DNA of 64,000 nucleotides from NCBI GenBank assembly GCA_964188305.1, contig OZ076894.1. One strand, 5' to 3'. Shown piece by piece: positions 49,909-61,817 of the stretch. The notes under the pieces were generated by a model. That model was given only the letters and a program-made list of their open reading frames with translations, was not told where the DNA came from and ran no database searches. Numbering within the stretch: position 1 is the first letter of the stretch; the number at the start of each line of letters is the position of its first letter. The DNA is from Podarcis bocagei (lineage: Eukaryota). The position numbers were made by a program, and so were the translations under genes.

Positions 49909-51950
49909 AAGAGCTACCCAAATCACATAATTGATTTTATCATTAAAGGTCTGCAAGGATAGGTATGTGTATCAAATCTCCTAGCTTACCTGTCAACAGT
50001 CTATTATTCCCTTGCACTGTGCTGAAATCTGCCCCCCAAATTCTCAAAGGCTTTTTTCTGCAAATGAGGCCTCAGATTTCCTGCCACATTCTCAGGGCAT
50101 TTTAGAATGTCGGCAGTTGGTTTCACGCTTACTCATTGTGAGGTAGCCAAGGGTGGTGCATGCAGTTTTTCTTTCGGTAAACATTTCTTCAGCACACTGC
50201 AGATTCTTTGTCTGCCTGCATTTCCTGATAAAAGACCCATGGGAAGAGTTGCCTCATGATGTTTTCCCCTGGACTTTAAAGTGTGGGCACCCAGGAAGGC
50301 TGCAGAGTGCAGTACATTGGTGCGATGTTTTGCAGAGAAAGAAGACTCACAAGTACCCCTTGACCACCTCAAAAATGACTTAAGTTCATAAAAAATCCTA
50401 CACCCTGTCCATGAGAATTTAACCAAACTTTCTCTGATACTTTGGAAATGCATTTTTTCTTATGAATTGATTGAGAAATGTAAACAAGAACAACGAAACC
50501 AGGATAAATGTTCACATATCTCTTGTTGTCCTCCACTCCTCGCCCTTTTCTCCTCATCCAAACCCTGCTGAGAATGAACATATCTGGGAAGTAGCTGCTT
50601 GGTGGATAGGGAGGGAGAAAATGATGGATAGCAAGGTGGGTACCACTGCCTTTTGCCTGTTTTGCTTTACAAATCAGCTCTTCCACTTGCATCTAGAATC
50701 CCACATGACTGGGGCAGAACTGGCTGTACACTAATAGGTTTGCTGCCATTGTGTTTAGTTTGACCCTTAAGCATCAGCCACCCAAACTCTTTGGGGTTTT
50801 CTAAAGCCTGGATGAGAATTAAAAAGACAGAATGGCGACTGAATGCCTGCAGGGTAAGCAGCATTTCAATTATGTGCTGCAGTGCCCTTTAGATTAGTTA
50901 AATGATGAATGGAAATCTCTGCAGGATGGCTGAGGAGTCTTAAGCAAGTGCCGAGTGCCAGGCAGGAATGTGTTAATTTTGGCCAGAAGAGCTGAGGCCA
51001 GACAGCTCAGAGCAGATGGGAACAGTCCCTTGACTTTTGCCTGGATCTTTTTCATTTAGCCAAAAGAAGTTTGAGAATAAATACATTTAAATAAACCAAT
51101 CTCCAACTATCTGAAAGGGGAATAATGCATGTGCACACCTTAGCAGGCTGTCTGCCCTGTAGGCAGACGTGGCTATCAAGTGTCACTGATTTAATTCTTT
51201 TTGAAAGCTCTGCATTTGAATTAGAGCAAAACCACTTTGGCTAAGGGCTGTTTCTGATGTGAATTATCTACATTGTTTAGATTGTGTTTGCTCATTTTCT
51301 ATTTGCAAGTTTGGGCGTCCAAATGTACACCTATGCAGCTCTCCAAGGGCAAAATATGCCTTGCTCAATAATATTTATTGATGTGATCTTGGCGTTCAGC
51401 AATATATAGGAATAGCTTTAGCTCAAAATGCTTCTAGTTGTTGAGGAGGCCTATCCATCCCATTCTAGTGCAGTAGGAGTTTGCCCTGGTTCCAAACAGC
51501 AGCTTAGGGAGGATGAGAAAAATTAGGACTCTGTACACTATCTGCTTATGAGTACTCGAACCCAGGAGTAGAGAACACTGTGTCCTTCAGATGTTAGCCT
51601 TCAGCTCCCATCAGCCACACCCAGCAGGGCCAATAAGGAAGTAAGAGAGTTGACGCCTGCTTTATCAAAGACCCATCTTATCTAGCACCCTGTTCTCTCA
51701 GTGGCCAGCCAGATGCCTATGGGAAGCCCACAAGCAGGACATGACTGAAACAGTGCTCTCCCCACTCATGCTTCCCAGTAACTGGTATTTAGAGACATAT
51801 CACATCTGATAATGGAGGTCTTACATGGCCAACACCCATTATTAGTCTTATCCACCAAATTAAACTCCTTTCAAAGCAATCCAACGTGGTAGCAATGTCC
51901 AGGGCTGGTGGAAGTTGTAGACCTGAAGGGCACCATGCTAAATACCCCTA

Positions 51951-52145
51951 AAAGGAAAAGGTAAAGGACCCCTGACAGTTAAGTCCAGTCACAGATGACT
52001 CTGGGGTTGCGGCGCTCATCTCGCTTTACAGGCCGAGGGAGCTGGCGTTTGTCCACAGACAGTTTTTCTGGGTCATGTGGCCAGCATGACTAAGCCGCTT
52101 CTGGTGCAACAGAACACTGAAACCAGAGCAGTGCACTGAAATGCC
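51951..52145 (-). mobile_element. Sauria SINE 3' fragment
   Basis: AAAGGTAAAGGACCCCTGACAGTTAAGTCCAGTC...GGGTCATGTGGCCAGCATGACTAAGCCGC, with an ACCTTT-type tail on the minus strand. A tiny remnant also lies at ~40838-40866. Confidence 0.8.
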
Positions 52146-52445
52146 TACTGTGGCCCTATTCATGCCTTCTTTTCAATGCTCAATACGGGAGACCAAGGAT
52201 CTAAAATTCACTCATTATGCCTACATAAGTACAGCAGGCTCCCTGCTTCGGATAGTTGTCCTCTGAGGCACAATGCATATATATAACTAACATATCTAGA
52301 TCTTCCCTCATCTGAATTTAATTGCATGAGGAAAATGCCTGCTTCTGTCATGGCTATAGGGAGGTAAGACAGATGTTGTCAGTGGCCCTACGCATCAAAT
52401 GGTAATAGATGATTAGCTAACAGCTAACCAATAAAGAAGGGCCAG

Positions 52446-53049
52446 TGCCATGAATTGGTTGGACAAAGAGGAAAGATGGGAGGAACCAGCTGGGCAACCA
52501 CCAATAGAAGAAGGTTCAGAGCCTGGGAAGTAGTGGTGGAACAGCAATGACAGGTCACAGGGAGAAGAGGAAAAAGACTGGGAAGAGGAGTTGTCAGACA
52601 CTGAAGGGGTAACAGGGTTCAGTGAGTTGCTAGATTCTGTTGCAGAGAGAAGTCAAGAATCAGAGGCAGAAGCTGAAGCAGGTGAGTGGAAGGAGGGAGG
52701 CCAAGAGGAAGAGATTAGTCAGGCTAATGAAGAGTCATGGGTGTCTCCCTCTGCCACTGCAACAAGCTCCCCTTTCGCCACCGATTCCCAGAACCAGGAG
52801 AGGTATGAAACAGGAGGAGCAAAGACAGGCTGCTTGTAGGCAGTCTCAGATTGCTTGCAAAAAGTCCTGGAGAGGAGGAGACATAGATGGCTGTGGAGAG
52901 GCAGGGACTTCCATGGAGTAGTACCTACAGGGCACTAGCAGCTGTGCATATTAGACATGAATCTCAGCCAAGTGAAGATCATGTTTCACTAATGAAGAGT
53001 TAACTCCAGCTTGAACTGCTTGATTTACTGACTGGCTTACTCTGTGACA
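52446..53049 (+). mobile_element. Solo LTR (family B)
   Basis: TGCCA...TGACA termini with 5-bp TSD GCCAG (52441-52445 and 53050-53054). Confidence 0.8.
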
Positions 53050-56000
53050 GCCAGCCGTCAGCCAGTGTTCTTCTGGCTGCTGAAGAGTCCCGCATTGGCT
53101 GCAGAGTGGGTATTCCTACCTAAGGTACCTCCTGCTTCCCTTTCCAGGCTTAATTCACCCAGGAAAGCTGCTAGGTTGTGAATACTTGAAATCTGAATTT
53201 GAAACTTAGGGAGGGCATAGATGTTCCTGTTTCATTGCACACTGCCAAAGAAAATGGTTCTCAGCAATGTGGTGAAATCTGTCATTCAACATGATGAACA
53301 GCAGCATGTAAAAACACCATAGTTTGGATTTCAAGCTATTGTCTGTAGAGGAAAAATGACTATTTGCAGGCACAGTTTGAATCCAAGTTACAAATGGACA
53401 AAGTGCATTGTCAATGAAAGCACACCTTCAAAGTGGCTAGCTGAAAGTGGCTGATCACTGTTGACAGACAGCCCCTTTGGCTGAGCAAGGGAGATCTCAG
53501 TGGGGAACTCCCTAGGGCAACAAATCTTAGTGGGGCTCACTAACAGTGCCTGACTGGTGCTGACAGCAAGCCGCCTCAGCTGTTTAGGGAGTTCCCAGTG
53601 GGGTCCTTCTTAATGCAGCTGACCCCGCTGGGGCTCACTGTTGGTGCCAATCAACTGATCAGTACTGCCAGCGAGCCCTGCTTGCAAAGGAACAATTGGG
53701 AGTTCCCATTAAGCTTTGGAGCCCTGTCCTTACCTGATGCCACATATAACACCCAGTGCAGGTGTGATTATGGGCTGAACTGGGACCTGTGTCAGCCCTT
53801 TTAGACTCACAGGCTGCAGGGTCCTCACTCCTGTGTAAGAGAGTCAGTGTGATGTAGTGGTCAATGTTGGACTAGGACTGAGGATTAACTTCAAATTTCC
53901 ACTCAGACATGACCCTGCCCCCTCTGACCAACCTCAAAAGTATGTTGCAAAGATTAAATAAAAGTGGATTCAATTAAAGATTAAATGAAAGCATGTGGCT
54001 CTGAGCTCCATGGAGGAAGTGTGACATAAAAGTGTAAATAACTAAATAAAAACAAACACAACATTCCACAATTAGTACCATCCTGTCAAATTATACTCAC
54101 CAATAGTCAATGAAAAGTTTAAGAGCAACTATTTCAGCAGTTAAAATAACAGAGCTATATATAATTTACAGTCAACTTCTAGTAGAATAATTGGAGCATT
54201 CTGCGAGTGTTTTTTTTTACTTTTTTGAATTGGAGTTTTGCAAGCAGTGAAGGGCAGGCTTTGCCTATAGCTTTCTCTCTCCATCTTCTGTATTCTGAAC
54301 AGTCATTAACTCACAGTGTTCGTAAACTACCTGTGGGTATTTAAAATATTTATTCAATTCTCTTTTTCTCTGGTTAAAAAAGAAAAAAAAACTTTCTTGC
54401 AGATACTCTCTGAATCTGCCTACTGCTAAACAAGTCCTTAAAGAATAGGATGTGAGTCACCATTTTCTTGACAATAAAAATTGGTACTTAGCAAGAGTTG
54501 TAGGCTTACTTGTATGAGTAGCAATTAAATGAAGTAGCCTACTTGTGTGTGGGCTGTTCTCTTGCCCTAATTTTTGCCCTTCCAGGTACTTTGTTGCAGC
54601 CTCACTCCAATCAATTTGAAAGGGGATGGTGTATCAGTCTGCGCTGCAAAGTCTGTGTCAGCTCTCAAGAGGGTAAAATGAATCTATTTGCTGCTGCTTG
54701 GCACTGACTGATGTGCAGGATGTGGGGTATCACCTTAAAGCGACAAGTGACGACCCAGCTGTGGGAAGTGGTGTGACATTAGCCTTTCATGGAAACCTAA
54801 GATGTGTTGTTGGCAGTCAAAGGTAATCTGTTTTTATTTTGGGTTTCATCTCACTGTAAGTTACAAATGACAAATGCTATCGCATTTTGCCCTATGTCAG
54901 ATGAAAGCTGCAACATACTTTCCACTGATGTTTCTGTCCATAAGGCACCACATACAATCCTTCTGTCTGTAAAATGTTAGTCTGCCATTGCACTTTAATT
55001 TCAACTTGTCAGCTGATCACTGAAATTACTCTTAAGCTTTCTGACCACTGTCTGGTTAGTTGCAATAAATCAGTTATTGAAACTAAGATGGAGTCAGAAG
55101 ATTACCCAGATATTTAATTTGGATAGCATGTTATCCAGCATCAAGTAAAAGGATGCATTACTATACAACAAAGAGTATCTCTCTCCACCCCGTTTTTCCC
55201 TGTGAATTATCCATCAGCTTTAAGTCTGTTGTAGCCCTCTGCCGTTCTAATCACATGAGAGTACATCTCTCGTCTAAACTAATAGCATGTTGACATCGCG
55301 TGTCATTTCATATAGACGCTCGCTTTGTCTTTATTTTTCATGAAGCATCTGGGAATAAAACTTAGAAGGTTCTAGTGTATCTCGTGTCATAAATCAAACA
55401 TTTTGCTGGAGGATAAAGGAGCACTTTAAAAAGTGACACACAAAATTCAGTGAGTCCAAAGACTGAGCAGCAATCCCACCTTAGAAGGTGAACTGCGATT
55501 CATTAGTTAACATAGTCGGGGGGAGGGGATGGAAAGGTTCTTCATTTCACCAGTGCGTGAAGTAATTGCAAACTGATCAGAGAGGGAAACATGCAGCAAG
55601 CATCAAACTGTGCAGCAGAGAGAAGCAAAACAAATAATGGAAAGGGTTTTTATAAGCTTTGTTGCAGATCTCTGTGTGCTTATTGATTGTTCTGTCCCAA
55701 TTGCATTGGGCTGGTCTTGATTAAAATATTGTTGCAACAAGTTGGGCCAGACCAAGGGATGGATGGGCCCCAGCATGAAAGCATTTGAGGGGCCCTATGT
55801 GGATCTCCAAACAGGAGCTGCCTGTATATGTCACCAAGAATGGGGAACCTTTTTCAACCTGAGAGCTGCATTCCTTTCTGGACAACGTTCTGGGGACTGC
55901 ATGCTAGTTGTGGGCAGAGTCAGAGGCAAAAGTGATTGGAGCAACAGAAGTAACTTCTATATTTGTTCAGTAGGTTAGTTTCCATACACACTCATCCCCC

Positions 56001-57179
56001 ATCTCTATCTGCCATCTGGGGGAGAGTGAAATTATAATTATTGGTCAATGACCATGCCCCCATCCATGTGTTCAGCCTAAGGTGTGCACGCATGGACTGG
56101 CCTATCTCTGGCTATGGCTGGTAAATAGAAGCTGAATCAATTCCAAGCACCATGTTGAGAAAGGTTATTGAAAAACTGTTTCCATTCAAAACAAGCACTC
56201 TTTCTAGGATTCTTTTATTTTAATAAACATTGGTCCAGACAATGTATCGTTTCAATACAATTTTAAATGTGGCATTCTATTCAATGGTGGAACTAGTTTT
56301 AAAGTCTGTTGTTATAGATTTCCTTTAAGCAATTCATTATAGCACACAGAATTTCACAGGTGTGCAATTTCCTTTTGCTTTCCTAAGATTTTCCATTAGC
56401 TATATACTCCTTAACCATTTTAAATTAGCTTCTCAATGGTCTTCTCCCTCCCCTTTTTCCACAACTACTTTTATGCAGGGAATGATATTTAGAGAGCCTA
56501 TGCTAAGTAAACTCCTTGAACGATCCTTTCCCCATACAGCTGTTTCCTGTTCTGATTAAGTTTCCCATCACAGCTGATAGAGTCAATAGCAGGTTTAAGT
56601 AGAGTCAAACTACACATTACATTAAATGATGTGTAGTGTGCAGGACTATCAATGTACTTAAAAATAATAATTCTGAGAAGGGTTCATAGGGATTCTACTG
56701 CATGGAGAAGGGTGCTGAAAATATATATTTAAAAATACAAAACATATAGGCTTGATTAGAAAAGCAGACTTGCAAACGTCTTTAAACCTTGGAAAGAGCC
56801 AGCAACACGATATGTAAGTAAGGAAAAGTCAGAATATCAAGATAAAGTTCAGGATGACATACCCCCCCCCCCCGCAAAAGAAAAGTGAACAGAAGTTAGT
56901 CTATGCTCTTCTGGTGAGGAATTAATGAAAGAAATGAAGGGAGACTGGTTATCATAAAATGTATCTCTAGCAATGTCTCCTCCAACTACTCTGTTGTCTA
57001 CTCTGTTGTCTTACTTTGTCTACATGCACAACCTCCCAAACGCTATCATACCAGTTTTTCAAAGTTAACAAAGGATCTCTTCTCCATAAGAATGTGATCT
57101 GCATCTGGGCTCCTCCCAGGAAATGGATTATTACTGGCTTCAATAAAGTATATTGATTTGCTCCTTGAAATAATGGTCA

Positions 57180-57721
57180 TGTCAGGGACAGGTGCCAGGG
57201 GCAGGTCAGAAATAACTTACACGGTGCCAGTGAAGTTAACCCTTTATTCAAAGAAACAAACAGCCCAGGAGGCAAAGCCTAGTGATCTTCCTGCCAATGA
57301 GGCAGTTGTGAGGACTGAAGGTCCCCGCCTTCCCACAGTTGCCTAAGCCTCTTCCTCACCCGAGATTTTTGCAAGCAATTTGAGACTCCGTTGATACGTC
57401 TATCTCTGCTCCACCCTCTTCATACCTCTACTGGTCATGGGAAACCAGAAGGGAAGTGAGCTGGTCATAGTTGTCAGGGGACGTTCCCTGACTTCTTTTG
57501 CTTCTGATTCTGGACTTCCCTCTGCCACAGCCTCTTCCTGCTCACTAAACCCTGTTGCTTCTTCCGCTTCTGACACCTTCTCCTCCCAGTCTACTCCCTC
57601 TTCTCCCTCTGACCACACATTGTCGTCCCACCACCAATCCTCTGGCTCTGAGCCTTTTCCCCTTGGGGGTTCCCCAGCTGGTGCCTCCCACCACTCCTGT
57701 GCATCAAGCCAGCCCATGGCA
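57180..57721 (-). mobile_element. Solo LTR (family B)
   Basis: Reverse-complement colinear with 52446-53049. Minus strand runs TGCCATG...CCTGACA. TSD not evident. Confidence 0.7.
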
Positions 57722-58080
57722 GATAGCAAGGCCAAAACCTAAGTCTTTAACCATTGTAATATTTAGAGTTTTAGAAATCATGTGGAACACATTGTCCCTC
57801 AAAATGCTTTCAGCCTGACATATGGAGGCATATAGCAATTATCTCTTCTAAAGGCAAGAGAGTAGCTAATTTAACCCCTTTACTGCTCTAGTGAAGATAA
57901 TGTGAATGGGAAAGTGAAAATATAAAAGCATGGATGACTTAATGAGGTTTGCAGTGAACAGATGTAAAAATTACTATACAAATCGATGGTAGCTTAAGAC
58001 ATGAATTTTCCAGCAGCCAATCAGGATGCTATTTTTCCTGTTGTCTTTTTTGTGTGTGGTGGTGGTTATAAGGCTAACAC

Positions 58081-58474
58081 AGACCCTCCAAGTGTCCCTA
58101 TATTCCAGGGACAGTCACTGATTTACAGAAGCTGTCCCGGTTTCTGATTTGATCCTGAAATGTCCTACTTTTCCTTAGGATGTCCCTATTTTCATTGGAG
58201 AAATGTTGGAGGATATGGAGTTATGCAACCACTGAGCCAAGGAGATACTGTAAGTAACTAGACAACCTTCAGAAGACATCTGAAGGTAGCCTTGGAATGG
58301 GAAGTTTTTAGTGTTTAGTGTTTAGTGTTTTATTATGTTTTTATGTGTTGGAAGCCACACAGAGTGTCTGGGGAAACCCAGTCATATGAGTGGAGTATAA
58401 ATAATAAAATTATTAGTATTATTATTATTGAATAAGATGTCCTATTTTCATCGGATACATGTTGGAGGGTATGC
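58081..58474. mobile_element. Non-autonomous DNA-transposon-like repeat; partial relative at ~11410-11505
   Basis: ACCCTCCAA / TTGGAGGGT inverted ends and repeated TGTCC(C)TA(T/C)TTT subterminal motifs. Confidence 0.6.
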
Positions 58475-58476
58475 TA

Positions 58477-58503
58477 ACACACACACACACACACACACAC
58501 ACA
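58477..58503. repeat. (AC)n microsatellite
   Basis: Read directly from the sequence. Confidence 0.95.
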
Positions 58504-59918
58504 AATATTCCTACCTATTTTGTAATTGCAAGCCTAAATCTGGAAGACATTTCTTTAGTCTGCCTAAATATAAATGGAAAGAGGCATACATGAACGCTAA
58601 AGCATAACTAGTGTCTGGATTGTGTCCTCTGTGTAGAATTATGAAGGTTGGGAGAGCAAATAGGTATCTCACTGTATATTTATGTAGGAATTAAACTGGA
58701 GACACAATTTCTCCCTCAAAATTAATTTGTAATTTGAATGTAAACCTGCAAGCGAACAAGTAAACACAGAATTCTTTGCACTGTAATAAGTTGTTAGAGC
58801 TGGAATTTGGAGAATTAAAACTAAACAAAGCAAAAGGGAGACTAAAATTGAACATCTGCCTTGCACTTGTTTGCATAGCTTAAAGGTTTGCCTTTGGACA
58901 GATGAGCGACAGATTTAGACAGGTGCAGATAATCAGATACATATTAGGAAATGCTCTTGTGGAAGAAAGTGTGCAACTTTATTGAACTTGATTAGATAAA
59001 AAAAAATGAAAAGGGTGTGCTTTCAGTGGTCACACAGATTATATATCCCGGGTATATCTTATTTAGTTTATTTCCTATTTTCTTTCTTGCTAGGATTCTT
59101 TAAGAGAAGTAATATGCTTTAAATGTGCTTTGGGTATGTGTTGTACATGCAGCCCTGGCTGTTTCTGCTGAAAGAGACAAGTGTAGCTAACCCCTCTGAA
59201 AATCTCTTTGTGGGAAACATCACAAAAGACAGAAATTGCATGCATTTCCAGTGTTGAGTTTTGGCATGCATTTGGGGTTCTGCAATTTTCTGAGGAGATA
59301 CTCAAGCTTAAATTGCTGTCATAATCCTTGACACATCCACAGCTATGTGATTCTTCATTATGGCACCACACATTTACATTTCTGAAGTATATTGTATCAT
59401 TGTCTGAAGGAAACAGGATGGTGCCAAGCAAGTGTTCCTGCCTGCCAGACCAAAAGAATGGTGCTTTCGGCTCAGCCAGTGTTGATTGTGTGTTTATTGT
59501 TAACCTTTAACCTCAGACAAGTGGTCATTTGGGCATCAATAGAGGTGAAAGTGCTGAGCCCATCCAGATCCAGTTGAGGGATTTGGATGAGCTCAGCCTT
59601 GGAAGCCTGATGTGGCCAAGAATAACCATCAGTGACCAATATCTGAATCCCAGAGATGATGTGCTTGTGTGGACCCACATATATGCTATCCTGCTTGAGC
59701 AACTGAGAGCATGTGTTGACTTCAAGAAAAATCTGTGCCTGCTGACTCCCAGCCTATAACAAGCTGGTCTGCACCCATCACTGCCCACAGCATTTGGCTT
59801 TCTATACCTTCTAACAAGCACCATTTCTCCACTGTCTTCTGGAAATGACATGCTGAAAATAATGGCACGGTGAAGGCTGTTAAACCTGTGCTTTCCCTGT
59901 GTTGATGAAATGGCCACA

Positions 59919-60118
59919 NNNNNNNNNNNNNNNNNNNNNNNNNNNNNNNNNNNNNNNNNNNNNNNNNNNNNNNNNNNNNNNNNNNNNNNNNNNNNNNNNN
60001 NNNNNNNNNNNNNNNNNNNNNNNNNNNNNNNNNNNNNNNNNNNNNNNNNNNNNNNNNNNNNNNNNNNNNNNNNNNNNNNNNNNNNNNNNNNNNNNNNNNN
60101 NNNNNNNNNNNNNNNNNN
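59919..60118. other. Assembly gap (200 N)
   Basis: A run of exactly 200 N, probably an arbitrary scaffolding spacer. Confidence 0.98.
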
Positions 60119-61681
60119 TGTGATTGAATCCCACCTGAAAATACAGTCTAGAAGCCCCCTTGAGTTTACAACACGAATGCAATGGGACTCTTGCTCTATC
60201 CCTGCATCAGGCAGCTTTAGGCAGGAGCTACATGAAAGGTCTGTTCTGGGACAGGTATGGAGGGGAAAGCAAGCAGGATTCACAATTGTTCCTAACACAG
60301 AATAGACTATCCCTTTCCTATAGCACAGACACAGCCCATTTACCTGAACAGTATGCTGGTGTAGTTCAAACCTCTCTTTCTGCCCCAGCACTGCAGAGAT
60401 ACTGAAAAACAGAATCAGACTGCCAGAGTAAATTCAAATGATCATTAACATGACAGGGCTTCCATCTTTTCACGTGATAAGCTGCAGTGCATGAGAATTC
60501 TTATAAGCTCATCCTCTAATTCATAAGGCGAGGTTGAGATATAATGGGAAAGAATGATCAGTGATGGCACAGTCAGACATAGAAGCTGCCACATATCATG
60601 CGATAGCTGCAGCAACAGATCACACAGAAAACTCTCAGCACTTTGGCCGATCACATGAATCAGCTCTTACTTGTGGTGGCTTTCACCGATTTTCAGTGTG
60701 GGTCATAAAAATAATATAGGATTGCAGCCAATGCTAGTAGTATAATTCATGAAATCAGAGCATGCTTTGGCTTTGCTCCCAGATCGGGCCTCATGGAGAA
60801 ACTCATTTGGCAGGGGAGAAAGATTGAATGGAGGCTCTGTTTGTTAACTTCCAGCTGGTGTGCTGCAGGATTCTGCCTGAGATTGCAATCTTCCAAACAC
60901 TTTGGAGTGATCACATATATTATGGCAGGGCTGCATTAGAATGAGGCATTTGCAGCTGCAACTTGAGTCTTCTAGGTTTGGGTCCCAGCAGGGTTATAAA
61001 TACTTACTGCAAATCTTTCATTTTGCTCAATTGACATTTTTTAATGCAAGTTCTCCTTCTGTGCACCTGGAGATGTCTATAGATATCTTATAATATACAA
61101 CCACTTAGTATTTCATTTCTCCATTAATGCATTTTTAGGAAAAGTGTGAGCTACGCAATATTCAGTCATTGTTTAGGTAATTTATATACCACTTTGTATT
61201 TCCAAGAAAATTTCCAGGCGGATTACAACATCCTACAAATATCACTAAAAAATGATATAAAAGGTCTATTAAGCCACCTGCCCATTTTAGAGCAGCACAG
61301 ATAACAACCGGATAAACTATTCTCTTAACTATTAAGCACCTGATGTTTAATATAGGAACAAGTACTGAATCCTGTGATTTTTTTTTAAAAAAAAATATTT
61401 TAGAAGAACAGATATCCTAGCTGAGGGCCATCAGTAATGTCGTGCAATCCAAAGCATATTTCTTTGGAAGTAAGGCATATTGTGTTCTGTGGGACTCATT
61501 TCCATGTGCAGAGAGTTGCAGTCTTAGTGGTTAACTCTCATTAGTCTCTCCTCACCCAACAATTTCAACACAGCCAATGAACCATCATGTTCCTCTTATT
61601 GCTGGCTAATCTAGAATATGATGAATTCATGTAAATCAGGGTTGTGAATTTGTGAATCTCTAGCTGTTGTTGGACTACAAT

Positions 61682-61817
61682 CAGGCATCCCCAAACTCGG
61701 CCCTCCAGATGTTTTGGGACTACAATTCCCATCATCCCTGACCACTGGTCCTGTTAGCTAGGGGTGATGGGAGTTGTAGTCCCAAAACAGCTGGAGGGCC
61801 GAGTCTGGGGATGCCTG
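61682..61817. mobile_element. Young palindromic hAT-type MITE nested in an older related MITE (~61637-61912)
   Basis: CAGGCATCCCCA(A/G)ACTCGGCCCTCCAG arms pair over almost the whole length. The flanks form a degenerate element of the same layout. Confidence 0.85.

Noticed and set aside
59525-60391. Long ORFs around 59.5-60.4 kb
   Set aside because: They are artefacts of reading through the 200-N gap.
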